A program made the position numbers and the translations under genes. A stretch of DNA of 64,000 nt from Catajapyx aquilonaris (Eukaryota), in the NCBI GenBank assembly GCA_000934665.2, contig KZ538077.1, positions 1-64,000 of the forward strand. Direction: 5' to 3'. Shown piece by piece: positions 23,401 to 35,741 of this stretch (position 1 is the stretch's first letter; each line of letters starts with the position of its first letter). The notes below the pieces were generated by a model. It was given only the letters and a program-made list of their open reading frames with translations, was not told the origin of the DNA and made no database searches.

Positions 23401-26400
23401 GACTGGTTGCTGGCAAAGAACAGGAATTCTGTGTTCATATAAGAGAATGAATTCTCTACCATGCACACATGTATGGATTTTCGTTCCTAAAATTTTTATC
23501 TCTTTTCCTCTCCCTCCCCCCCTCGAGAGTCACAAAAGTCAAAAGGAAAAATGGAACCGGATATCAGCAACGAGTTCCACGTGCAAACATGGCTACGAGA
23601 GGTGTGCAAGCAGTCGCCATCGAGACTAGAAGAATTTGGTCTGGGCCGACTAATTCTTTAGTACGGAAGCTATAGTCTCGTGGTTGTCGCACAAAAGGAA
23701 TCATCTCCGGAGGATTCGCTTGAGATCAGTCCCTGCCCCTTTGCCCATTTGCAAAGGGAAAAGGGGAGATGGGGACAGGAAGGGGGATGGAGGAAGGCAT
23801 TTGTATGCAATGAGCATGGAGCCTGCATCGTTGGAACTCTTCCGGAACTTATTTGGTCTGACTCTGCATCACCCACCCTCTCCTTGACGCACACACGACA
23901 GCTACTGGCAGTACAAACAAGGCTAAATATTTTGCCACCCGTGTTACTTGAGCAACATTGAATTCGGATACAGTACAGCCCCTCCAAGGAATAATGTTTC
24001 AAAAGAAGTGTCCAAATGAAACCGGGTCCCCCGNCCCCCCCAATATATGAAATGTTTATTGACACGCCTCAGGCAGTGAGTTTGCCCAAAGGCTGTTATT
24101 CTATTGTCGGGACTATAGGGAGCGCAATTCTAGATGAATACCGCACGCGTCCAGGGATACAGCACTTGTTTACATTTCCGGATGGAGGAATACAATAAAG
24201 CCACGGGGAGGAGAGAAAGAGCATGGGAGGAAGGGCCCTATGGCATCGAGTTTCCTTTAAGGGAAAAGAAAAAGTAATGCCAGAAAGAAATATTTGCAAA
24301 AGGACACAGAGTAGGTTTGACACGTGCGTTTGTAAAAAAAAAAAGGGAAAAAGAGACAACTCGGGCTGAAAAACCCCGAGAGTATAGTATGAGTGCAGAA
24401 ATGCAACAAGCTGTGTACACAGTGCAGTGCAGGACCTAATTGGGATTCCATGTTGTGCCCCCGGCACATACAGCCGAGTTGAGACTGGATTTACCGCATT
24501 TGCTTCCATTTCCCGCCTATTGGAACTCCAAAGTTCCTGCCAAATGGAGCTTGCCAATTTTGTGTTGCTTTTGGACCAACTACTGTTCAACCAACATGCT
24601 GTCGTTGTTCAATGCAAAACCGGCATTCGCACTTTTAGGCACAAAGCGGAGAATACCAGTTGGCATATTATCGGCTGCTGATGCATGTCCACATTCACTC
24701 AATTCACGACTGGATTTCAAGTAACGCACTGTAGCCTTCCAGCAATCATAATGATGGAGAATTAATAGCATAATGGGTTATCATATTTTCAAATATATAC
24801 CATACAGTACGTTGAGTGAACACATCCAGTTTTTGTTCTTTGGTCGAGTGGCTAAAACTGAGTTGTCACCATGCCATCAGGTATTGGTTTCTCTCGGGGG
24901 CGCGGGCGGGGGGCGCTAAGTCTGAGGCCTTGACAGAAATAACTGACTGCTGTGCATTCCTTACCACCAAATAGTCAATATGATTGGTTTCTTCACTTCT
25001 GGAGCATCCAAAGGAGACGGATGAAGCTCAGAATTCAGTGGTTTGCAATTTCTTTCTACCTTCAGTCCTAAGGCAGCCTGCCTCACTTTCCAAAGCCTTA
25101 ATCTTCTTCCCTATACCTGCTGAATTCCCTTCCTCTTTCTGCTGACGTACTGTCGTTTCCAGGCAAGCCTTTCCTTTCCCAAGTAGTGTTGGTAGGCATA
25201 CCTCGTCTGGAGCATGCCCTTTGTTCATCATGCAACTAACTGCACAGTACCGGCTACCAGCTACCAAGTACAGTAATTGAATTCTTATGGTATTACCAAG
25301 CAAGCCTCTGGTTACATTGACATTAATATACACATGAAATAAAGTAGGCATTGGCTGAACAAACTCGAGGGAAATGACTGATCAAAATGAATGGGGCTCG
25401 AGATGACCAGAATTAAAACGTACTATACCATAGTTGGCCCGAAGATAACTTCCAAGTCCAGGAGTTAAGAGGTGGCAGCGAAATGGATTCCTTGAGGTTA
25501 CCAAGCTAATGAGGTGTCATACTTCGGAAGTGGAGCCCCAGTCTATGGCAAGTCAGTGAAATTTACTGCAAAGTGCATGGGTATGGGATGAGACTATACA
25601 TGCTGGGGAACAACACCAGAGTTGAAAACTCGAAGGCACTAGCTCCACACAGGTTTTTGTTAATGGCAACTCAAGTTGCCTGCAAGTTAGGCCACGTGTT
25701 CGAAACTTTAAGTTAGCTAGCAAGAAACTGCTTTTTGTTATTGTGAATTTGGAGGATGGACATATGTGTAGAATCAATTTATTGTGAATAGTCCCTGAAG
25801 TGTTGATGTCAGTCATCATAGTGTTTACTATCAAACCTGATGGAACTTTAGCATTAGGCCTACAGCACACTTGTTAACTGCTGATCTAAAGCTAAATTAC
25901 CTTCATCAAGTTTGAAAATGTATGTGTAGCTTCCCATCTATCTCCCTTTGGGTCCAATCCCCATTACAAATTGTCCTAAAAACCCACAGAATTCCTGATG
26001 GCCATCCACAGCTGGAAATCCTTGCAAAAGAACAATAATTCATCCAGAAAAGTAACGAAAGTGTTGATTATGTAAGCTGTAAGGGGGTCAGTCTGGCCAT
26101 ATATTTCTCTTATCTAGTGCGAGCAGGACCCTCCCTCCCCTCCCCCTCTAGTACCCATATTTTATTGGTCTTATTCAAGAAATTTATTTCAGTCTGCTTC
26201 TTTAACCCATCAAGTCTTCCAGCTACAGAAAGCTTAACGTGGAGTTCCATTTGGTTCCATATGATGTGGTGTAAAAAGAAACATCAAAAGATTCTGGTGC
26301 TTTCTGTGGTACGTATATATCAAGAAATGTAAATAAATGTACCTGCATTGGAAGGTTCATAGGAAGGGGAGGTCAAAAGAAAACAGTAGCACTGACACTA

Positions 26401-26409
26401 TAACATTCT

Positions 26410-26415
26410 TTTATT
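26410..26415 (-). terminator. Candidate polyadenylation signal (AATAAA) of the Timeless-family gene
   Basis: tttatt on + is AATAAA on -, about 530 nt after the stop, followed on - by a GT/T-rich stretch (gtgtcagtgctactgttttctttt). Confidence 0.4.
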
Positions 26416-26942
26416 CTCACAACTGCATGTTGCCTGAGATGTAATAATTATAATGTCATTTTTTCCATGGCAGGACAAAACCACTTACTATGTTCAGAGA
26501 TGAACAAGAGCTGAGGTGTTTACATCATAAGACATGGTGGTAGGACAATAAAGTGAAATGGTAGAACAAAAAAATGGGGGGGGGGGGGGGGGGGGGGGGA
26601 GGATTCNGGGGGGGAGCGAGAGAGAGACAAAAACAAAATGCATAAATGGAGAAAAACAGAAACATTCGGCATGAGGCACACCATGGTCCAAGCTCAAACA
26701 ATCACGCAAAGATTGTAATGGAAGTTCAAGGCTGTGGGGAAGTTAGGGACATGCAGAACCAGGTAAAGTTTTTTGTGCCTTTAAAACCTTAAGTGTGTGG
26801 TAGATTGGTTCTGCTCTTTACAGTTGGCTACTGATGCCTTAACAGTAACATCCAGTCACAATATTCTTAACCAATCAAATAGTGAAACCACAAAGTTAAA
26901 ATAATACAATAAAAAGCTCCCCTCCTCCTGTGTTGCCCTTAA

Positions 26943-27179
26943 TCAATCTACAACTTCAGAAAAATCCTGCTCCTCATCTTGACTATCACGGTCCTCACTG
27001 GACTCCTGGTCCTGACTATCCAGCTCTTCCGTATTATTTTCCCATTCTTCACGAACTCCAGTGAGGTCTTCTGGAGATTCCGACCCCTTCTCCATTGTAT
27101 CCCTCCTGGAAGCTTCTGGCTCTTTGGGCGTCTTCGACTTGCGTCCAGCACCTTTACCTCTTGCTTTCCGGCACAAATT
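26943..27179 (-). CDS. timeout: Timeless/timeout probable terminal coding exon (basic then acidic tail, stop TGA)
   Basis: attaacag|, phase 0; NLCRKARGKGAGRKSKTPKEPE...DSQDEEQDFSEVVD*. The seven exons sum to 971 nt (about 323 aa) with no internal stop. Confidence 0.8.
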   Translation of the reverse strand, partial: NLCRKARGKGAGRKSKTPKEPEASRRDTMEKGSESPEDLTGVREEWENNTEELDSQDQESSEDRDSQDEEQDFSEVVD

Positions 27180-27245
27180 CTGTTAATATGCAGATATTTG
27201 TGTGTGAATTGTACAATGCAACAAGAAGCACTTCCTAATCCTTAC

Positions 27246-27349
27246 CTTCGTATCTTTAATGAGCCCTATATCTTTCAGTTTTTTAATCACTGAACGCCTA
27301 GTACGAACAGTTAATAAATGATCAATGATGAAATCTAGCGGGTCACGCG
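27246..27349 (-). CDS. timeout: Timeless/timeout exon (second half of HTH-like repeat)
   Basis: T-rich tract + cag| ... |gtaagg; 104 nt, phase 1/0; TRDPLDFIIDHLLTVRTRRSVIKKLKDIGLIKDTK fits D....I...L...R.R..I..KL...GL. Flanked by 75-nt and 66-nt introns. Confidence 0.9.
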
Positions 27350-27424
27350 CTGAAAAAAAAGAAAGAAATTAGTTACGAACAATTGCAATATCTTTAATGG
27401 ACAGAAAGACATCAAATATATTAC

Positions 27425-27525
27425 TTTCATCACGTGAATCTTTGAACTCTTCATACAGCAATCGGAGTTCATCTTCATCCGACTCATTCCAGGCTGGTCC
27501 ACCTGCTGATGATACCTCACGGCGA
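27425..27525 (-). CDS. timeout: Timeless/timeout exon (start of HTH/Myb-like DNA-binding repeat)
   Basis: tttctttttcag| ... |gtaata; 101 nt, phase 2/1; SRREVSSAGGPAWNESDEDELRLLYEEFKDSRDE fits the W...EE.EL..L.EEF.DS motif. Confidence 0.9.
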
Positions 27526-29043
27526 CTGAAAAAGAAAAATAACATGCATATATTGAACATCGGGACCAAAAGTTTTCTGACGCAGGGCCAATAGGGTGCA
27601 CACAACCGTTATGAACAAGTGGCACAGTTTGTATCCAACCCCGCAATCTCCCCCNNNNNTCCCCCCCCCCCCCCCCAATCCACCCCATAATAATGAGAGG
27701 CATAACACGTTTCTTGGTGGTGGGTGCAGTGGGAAATTACAACGGCACAAGCAGCCACGAGTGTTACCGGCGCCGGTTAGATGCGGATGTCGGCAGCACC
27801 TATCTATTGGGCCGCAGAGAGCAGCCCAATCTGTGGTCGTACAAAATTTCAAACTGCACCAGACTGGTGAGGAGCATTCATGTTAGCATGGGATTTCTTC
27901 ACAGTACAGTGCTGAACATTGTATTGTTGCTCTTTTTCCGCTATCACTTTGTGGCGCCACCAGTACGACGTCATTAATGCCCAGCACTGTACAAAAATGT
28001 GGAGTGGCTCCTGAAAACACCCTCCACATTAAATGCAAACTGTTTCCGCCGGAGGGCACCTACCAGCAAAAGTTGCTCATAATCATACCATCCATTCTAG
28101 ACTCAAACAAAGGTGGGCGGGTTAGTGCAAGAATTACGACGTGTCCTGCAGACTCCTTACTTCCCTTTTATACACCAGGACGTAGATGATCCGGATGGAG
28201 AGTTAACTATTCGGCATTCATGCCGGGAGAAATGACTAGCTCCGTAATATGCACCAAATGTGCCTGAATCATTTGTCACACTCCCCAACCTCCGGGCAAA
28301 TAATTCGCCGGCTCAAACAGAGCCGGAATGACAATTCAGCCGTGGACCCCTCCTTGCTTCATAAGAAAACTCTAGGGGTAATTTTCTCCCCCCAGCAGCA
28401 GTGCTGACAGCCCCCCTAAATTGACAACCTCCATAAGCCCCCAGAGGCGTCTTTTCACCCTAATTTTCCAGCCACGCGTCCCTTCCGATCGCACCCCCAT
28501 CTTTCATCCGCTTTTTCAATAATCGTCCCGAAAAAATAAACAAGAATAGCAGCATCAGTCTCCGCAAGATGCGTAGGCCTAATGGGGTAATCCTACTTCA
28601 TCTCTTCCCTCATAACCCCCTTCCCCTCTCCCTCTTCCCCCAGTTCCCCTTCCTTCCTTCCTTCCTTCCTTCCATCCTTATTCTTTCATCCGATTTTTCT
28701 TTTCCCATTTATTCGCGAGGCTTTAAAGTTTCTCCGGCCGAAAGCTTTCAAACTAAGTGCACACTTGCTTTCGTCGGTAAAAGCCTCTCGCCGGAGCTCT
28801 CGGGGGCTCCCCCTACCACAAAAGCTCCGGCGACGAAGCGGTCTTCCCGAAAACACCGGGTAAAGGAACCCAGCCTCTACCCAGCACCCATCCGGAAGCT
28901 TCATAACCTACCACCTCCCTGCTTTGTTTGCCTTGTCACCCAACCGCCTACGGTCCTATTTGCGTCAGGCCGAAAAAGAACAACAACCAGAAGGTGCATA
29001 ATAAGACATCAACGCGCGACCACCAGGCGACAACTCCTGGATA

Positions 29044-29243
29044 CCCCCGTGAGCTTACTTGCTGGCCCCATAGGGAGTGGGGGTTGCCACTTCGGCGCTG
29101 GTGTAGTCCACAAGAGTGTGGCGATTCTGGGCGGCAGATGAAGCCTGCAGGATCGCCCCAAACTTCGGAACTACACCAGCGCCGAAGCGTCAACCCTACT
29201 CCCTACGGGTGTGAGGTGATAACGGCACGCGATAAGAGGGGGG
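29044..29243. mobile_element. Hairpin-forming small repeat ending in GGCACGCGATAAGAGGGG (within a Timeless intron)
   Basis: About 40-bp inverted repeat (29068-29107 vs 29170-29208); right end shared with 35680-35741. Confidence 0.55.
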
Positions 29244-29290
29244 AGGTTCCGGACCTGTATTATATTGTACAGACCGTGCTTGTGAATTAC

Positions 29291-29433
29291 CTTTTCGCCG
29301 TCCCGTAGCCCTCTTGGATGTCCAAGGCTTCCGGACCACTCTTCCACGCTAATAGCTCCACGAACAACTTGCTATTCTGGGAGGCCAAAATCTTAAATTG
29401 TTTCATCAGGTACTCCATGAACTTACGCAATTC
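29291..29433 (-). CDS. timeout: Timeless/timeout exon
   Basis: ttcttgcag| ... |gtaatt; 143 nt, phase 0/2; ELRKFMEYLMKQFKILASQNSKLFVELLAWKSGPEALDIQEGYG matches the Timeless EL..F...I...F......N.K.FVELLFWK.......EGYG motif. Not in the ORF track. Confidence 0.93.
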
Positions 29434-30270
29434 CTGCAAGAAAACATCGGGTCAATATACCAAAACAACCCCATGCTGAAATAGGGAAGGCGGAATCGTA
29501 AGCATCATGGGCCACACCAATCGCCGTTAAAAATATGGACACCCACCCCACGCCATTAGCCAAGAACTGCGCTTTCAGTTGATTTTTCAAAAGACTTGTG
29601 CCTAACCCCCCGCACTTTCTTCCGATCGTGAAATTATACGAGAGCGGCCGTCTTCTCCCATTGGCAGTCCTGCTCGTATAATGTGAACGTCTAGGAAGAA
29701 AGAGTGCGACCCATTAGCCGTTAGCCCACCGGCCTTTTCTCCAGATGGATGCTCCTTGTGCAGAGATCAACATGTTCCGGCCAGTTGCTCGCATACTGTA
29801 AGCAGCTACTGGCATCAGTTGGAGCCGCGGGAAATAGTGTTAGTTTGGCCCTCAGCTTGCGAGTTTCGCTCGAGTGGCAACTAAACAGTGGCTTCGTTAT
29901 TCAGGAGTGAGTCAAGCGCGAGTCACACAGGGGCTTAAATGAAATTTCCTCCAACTTGAGTCGCTATTTTTATTGTACGGGGAGCAAGAGGAGGGGGCAT
30001 GGCAAAACAAGTTAAAATCAGAGCTTCCTTCCCGCCTTACAAATTGGCCCGGTGCTGGTATCAACCGTGGAGGCGGGGTAGGGAGCAGGGTATTTAAGCC
30101 CATTGTAATCTCGGTACAAATCACCAGTCTCACACGGAAGGCATTGCCGGAGTCGGCCCAAGTCTAATACAATCGACTGAAACTTGGCATCAAGTCGAGC
30201 AACTTAAGGCCACGGTCTGATATGTAGCTGGTGTAAAGGGCACATGTGGTTCATACACGTGATATCTTAC

Positions 30271-30484
30271 CTCATGCTGGGGATGGCGATTGGACACCAG
30301 TGGATCGTTGTATATCTTCTGACAGGTGCGCAAGAACGACGCCTGGAACAGGATGGATGGGTACTCCCATTTGTACACAATCCGGTGGAAAAACTTGATA
30401 ATCTGGTGGTTGACCGATGAGGAGTTTTCCAAGTAGTCATCGAATAGCAAACAGTAGCATCGAATTACCTTCGGGTGCAGGTAC
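30271..30484 (-). CDS. timeout: Timeless/timeout exon (conserved TIMELESS_C region)
   Basis: tccctgactgaag| ... |gtaaga; 214 nt, phase 2/0; YLHPKVIRCYCLLFDDYLENSSSVNHQIIKFFHRIVYKWEYPSILFQASFLRTCQKIYNDP matches the Timeless motif Y..LL..Y..NS...NH.I.K..HR.......LFQ.S......DP. Confidence 0.93.
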
Positions 30485-31277
30485 CTTCAGTCAGGGAGGA
30501 AAACAAGGCGGGTTTATATGCAAGGGCCGTAAATGGGGGGTAACCACAAAACAACAGTGCTCAGCCCTGGTTTAAACTTGGGGACTGAAGCAGCCCCCTT
30601 CCCCTCTGGATCAGGTTTTGTGTAGGCCAGACACTTCCAGCAACAAGGACAATCCAGGCGAAATAGTTGGCTCCACACAGCAGCATTCCTGTCTCCAGCC
30701 CTGAATACCTGGTGCATGATGCACAATAAGACCACCCCTCCCCTATACAACGCACCATGGTTCAAAGCCCAGAGATTTAATTAATACCCGATATTGTGCG
30801 TGGATACTGTACGTTCTGAAAGGCCGATTTGTCACGTGATATACTTGACGTGTTTGAGATGTGGCCATGTGGGCAGTTGTTGGCCCCTCTACCCCCTCCA
30901 AACAACATGGCTGCCCAATCAATAAGGTAAAAAGTAGCTTCCACACACACATAGCCCACCCTCTGTTTCGAGGTGCATGATATTCATTAAGTGTTGCACA
31001 CTGGCCACAAAGACCCGTGCACACGCACGTGCACCAACTAATGTGGTTAGCAGAACGGCAGCGCTCAACACCCGCAGTTAATACGTTATTACGGTTATTG
31101 CAGCCGGCTTTCATTATTTTCAACCCTTGGAAAACACTCCACTCCGGGTGCAAATTAGCTGCCCAGTTAAAAGAGTTTGCAGCGCAGCATTAAAACTTTG
31201 TTTTACTAGTGTTATACGCAAGGACACAGTTGTAGACCGCGTAACAATACACTCAATCAGGTGGTAGCACTACTCAC

Positions 31278-31389
31278 TTTGACTTGAAGTACTCCGCATA
31301 GGCGAAGGACTTTTCCTCAATGCGGGTGCGGCTGGCTTCCATCCGCTCTTCGAGTTCCTCCTCATCTTCGTCTTCATCACGACCATTGC
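31278..31389 (-). CDS. timeout: Timeless/timeout exon (acidic stretch followed by EKSF..EY)
   Basis: ttttctgtcag| ... |gtgagt; 112 nt, phase 1/2; GNGRDEDEDEEELEERMEASRTRIEEKSFAYAEYFKSK resembles the poly-Glu + EKEFNFLDYLKR segment of mammalian TIMELESS as I recall it. Confidence 0.88.
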
Positions 31390-32937
31390 CTGACAGAAAA
31401 CAGACCCCCAACCCTGATTAGAAGCTCGCTTCTGGGCATCTCATACGAGTAATATAGTCCGCTACAGTATATGTTGAGCTTATACTGTACGTATACACCT
31501 TCACATTTTCTTCACCTCTGTGGAAGCAATTGGGAGCAGCACGTATACAGGGAAGGCCCTAACCACAAGCCACAAGATCTAGGCCCCGATGCAAAAAGCT
31601 GGGAACTATTCTCTCCACCACCTTCCTTCCTTCCTTCCTTCCCTCCTTCCCCCAAAGACGCGACAGGCAGCTTTATTGCCGATTACGGCCACCGCAACAG
31701 ACACCCGCCTGCTTTATTCTTTCCTTACCAGCCCCCGGAATTGGGATTCCAGCAATTAGACTGACATACGGCACCCAATATAGGCCCTCCCGGATTCTCA
31801 TCAACCGTTTTGTGAGTACACAACTAAACTAACTAAGAGTTGCCTAATGGATCCCTGCAATTACAACTTGTGGAAGAACGTACCCCACGACACGCCCGCC
31901 AAACCGTACACAAATGGCTAATGGCGTTATTACCTCCACAAGGAGGTTATATGCATCTGAAGCATCCAATATCGGGGGGGAAGATGCCGGATGGAGCTAC
32001 TCCGATAAGGCCCCACCCAGCCAGGCTTCCCACCACCACACCCATCGCCAATCTGCAGCCCTGTGATACCCTACACTACACGCTGCCCCAAAAGGATTGT
32101 GTACAGAAATCAGGGCAAAATGGCTGCAGGGGGAGGTACAGTACACAGGAGGGGCAAGTTTGCCTCCGCAATTGCAGCGTGCGGCTTCATTCCAAACAGG
32201 TGTAATGCATTAGCTGGCACGACGCTATACCCAAACTTCCAATTAGGTTAAGATCCAGGATGTACCAGGGTGGGCTTGTTTGCTTAAGGAAACTAACTGC
32301 ATTGCGCGCCCCACCCACACCTGCCGGAGACACACCTTGACTTAGATGCTGGATCAACTATGCCACAAAAAGGCGACAAACATCGTGGGGTCCCCTCCAG
32401 CATCCACACCTAGACAGACATTAATCACGGGGCTTCCCCTCCACCCAGACCACCCCTCCGGGACGATTTCCAGATTGGTTTTTGATGTTGCCAGCTACTA
32501 ATGGAAATGGCTGCCGGAGCCAAAGCTGAATAAGAATGACTCGCCCCTCGACCTGCAGCTCCCCCTCTTCATCCCAGCCATTTCATCAGGGAAAATTCTC
32601 CACCTAACCCCCCTCTACGTCAACACTGCATTTCTCTGTACTGTCGGTTACGGATGCAAGACACTATTGGATGACAGGCCAGGGAGGCAACTGGGCCTAG
32701 GATCAAAGCGAGCTAAGTGTCGTTTCCACTTTCTCTCTCTGACAGATTACAATGCCAGGCACTTCCAATGGGGGGTGCAGCAGTAGCAGGGAATGTTTTT
32801 GCAATAGGGAAACGACGGTGCTTTTCTCTCCACCGCACCCACTAAATCCGATTTCCAGCCGGGACCCCAGCAGGACTCCGCCAGTGCTCAGATAATACCT
32901 TATAGGAAAACATCTACCACACTCAATACGTTCTTAC

Positions 32938-32997
32938 CTTCATCGTCGCCCATCTCTCCTGATGGCGTACATTCAAAGGCCAGCTCAGTTGACGTGC
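32938..32997 (-). CDS. timeout: Timeless/timeout (tim2-type) internal exon; first exon visible in the window
   Basis: Acceptor tcttttcag| and donor |gtaaga; 60 nt, phase 1/1; reads (G)TSTELAFECTPSGEMGDDE(G) and joins in frame with the acidic next exon. Sequence similarity is weak, so support comes mainly from splice sites and phase. Confidence 0.7.
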
Positions 32998-35679
32998 CTG
33001 AAAAGATGCAAAAATGTCCATGAATAACATGCCGGTCATTTCGATTCTAAAGCCCCCAATGTAGGGGTCAGGCAAGAAACAGCATGGTTGTGTGGGTATC
33101 CAGCCGAGCGGAGCGAGGAAAAGAAACTTGGGTCCAAGGCCTGTAAAGCCAATTTGGAAGTAATGCTGTGGGCAGCAGCAACCGGCATGAAGGTAGAATT
33201 GGCTCTAAGTTGCGGAGGCGACGAAACTCTAGGTTGCCAGCCCACACCCCCCTGCTTCCCCGCACACCCACCACCAACCACTTAGAAAAGTCAAGCGCTA
33301 ACGTTATTTTCCAAGGAGAGTTGAGGTTTTCGAAACGCTGGCTGAGACCAAGCGCGCTGGAATTCCCAACCCTGCCAAATCCCATTAGAGTATTTAACAA
33401 GTTAAGTCGTCTCGGGAGAATAGTGCAGTGGTGGTGGTGGAAAGAGCGGGGGTGGGGGGAGTTCTGGGGCTCCATTTTCAGGCCCTGCAATCCCCGCTTT
33501 CCACCCACCCTCTCCGCCACCACCACCACCACCGACCGCCTCCCAAGGAAAACAAGGTGGGTGGGGGTGTAGGGGGAACATGGTCCCCAATCGGTTTATC
33601 CCCAGCGCCGCCTCCGCAATCCGACAGACTCACACTTGCATAAGTCGCAGAAGAGTTCCCAAGGAACAGACTACTTGGAATTAAACACCCAGCACCTGAG
33701 AACACCTCTAAAAACCGGCTAATAGCACACGTGTAACAGCAGGTAATTACAGCCCTTTGACTCATGCAACCGCGTTCCTTGGAGAGTTATCAGTTGCCAA
33801 ATAAACCACGTGATTTACGGTCCACAGTGCAGCGGCAGTCACCATTTACACGACAGCCCCGCTTCAAAAAACCATGACTTGCACGACGTGCACATAGATC
33901 GTACGCCCGACACTGTCAAAACACCGCCCATAAATTGAAACGCACGCCCACCGCCATATTTCTCACCCCAGCCGCATCCTTCGCCCTATGCAACGTTTAG
34001 GACAGTTGCATAGGGCGCAGGATGAGCGCTCGCTGTTGCCTGGGACAAGTTTGCAGCAATCAGTCCCTATTTAGAAAACACAAAACTCCAGCCGGCATAG
34101 CCCTGATTAGACACAGACTAGAGGGGATAACCAGTGTATTATTCGTGGCATTGGTGGGAAAAAGACGCCTCTCTCGCTGCTTCCTTCCTCTCTCGCACCA
34201 CAAAAGAGGAGAGAGAAAAAAAAGAGAAAATGGGCATGGAAAGGAATGAAATCCAACCGGTAGAGTTTCCTTCATTTGCAGCATGATTACAATGGAAGCC
34301 CTGCCTCCTCGGCGGGCCCTCGTTGATCATAGCTGCAAACTTTCGCAACTCGTTTTTCAGCCCGCTGAAGGAAAAGGCCAGGGAGGAAGCTGCTGAAGAG
34401 GAAGAGGAAGAGGAGAGTGCCGGAACGCTCGATAAATTCTGCTTGAATCAAGGACCGGTGGAGGAGTCAACACTACCCGGCCTAGGAGGGTCCAGCCTTA
34501 TTCTAATCAGTCAGGCAATCACACCTGGTTAGGCGCTTGCGTGCTACATGACTAATAACGATCGATTGTGGACAGAAAAATGCGGTATACCATATGCATT
34601 TTTGGGGGTCATTTCTTGCGGCAGACAACAGTGCACGTCGACCTAGGAGATATAACCTGTCGTTGTTATTTCCGCCTGAATCACAAAAGAGAGTCGTGTT
34701 TGACGCGACTAAGAGCACCATAAATATTACATCAAAGTTCAGGCTGGATATGAAACCACCTGTGCCCACGCAGCGCTTGCATCTGTGGGGTGATGTGTGG
34801 GCGCCAGTTGGGGGGGGGGGGCGGGGTAGGTGGAGGGGGAAAAAGGGGAGGGTTAAAAAACGCCGGATGCTAATGAATCATTAAGCGTTGAAATTGCTCC
34901 CCCTCCCACTTGCTCACAGTTAAAACAGATGTGGCAGAATTAGAGCCAATAATGGAATTGCGTGCAGAATTGTTTGTAAAGCCTCCTCCTCCTCCTCCCT
35001 AGTTTTTCCGGGGGTAAAAAACCGAGCCCAACTTTTCCACATCAACATTGCAAAATCCAGCCAGCGCAGCTCAATTTGGCCAATTCCGGCGGATACGTCT
35101 TATACACGCCAAAATAAAACCGGTCCCCGACCCCCCTAATTACGCCGAGGTTTATCTCCTTGGATACCGGGAATCTCATCCTAGCGGAAGTAATCGTAAT
35201 GAGGAAGGAATATCCGGGACCATCTCACGGAGGAAGTTGTGTCGCATGTAAGCAACAAACAACTATCTCCCCTTAACCGCTAACCGCCTATATACGCACG
35301 ATACGCGGTGCTTCGCAACACTCCAATTATACAACCCCAGACCCTTTTCTTAAGCCCCGAGCCGGACCTAGCCTTCCGAAAAATAAGGTAAATAACGGGT
35401 AGGAAATGGGCTGGAAGGTGTTGAAGCACAGTGCCGGTCCTTCCGACTCAATTTGGAGGGGAGAGTGAAAAATTGGTTCCTGTTGGAAGGCTGGGGGGAA
35501 GCGGACTTTCAATTTGCAGTCAATGAAGTTAACGAGGGGTATGGCTGCATCCCCGCCTCCTTTGCCCACCTTGTTTCATCGCTATTTGTTTGTCTGCCTT
35601 GTCGATTCCGCCACTAAAGGGATTAGGCTACTATGGGCCTAAGAAACATCGTGTTACTCCTACCCCACCCTTATGGAAA

Positions 35680-35741
35680 CCCCTGTGCCCTTATCAGCCC
35701 CCTCCAAGATGGGAGCTGATAAGGGCACGCGATAAGAGGGG
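35680..35741. mobile_element. Minimal copy of the same repeat family
   Basis: GTGCCCTTATCAGC ... GCTGATAAGGGCAC followed by GCGATAAGAGGGG. Confidence 0.55.

Noticed and set aside
22740..25870. Minus-strand ORFs as further Timeless (PAB) exons
   Set aside because: No PAB-like motifs and no convincing phase-compatible splice chain.
28569..29141. 190-aa plus-strand ORF in a Timeless intron
   Set aside because: Runs through a pyrimidine tract and hairpin repeats; no protein features.
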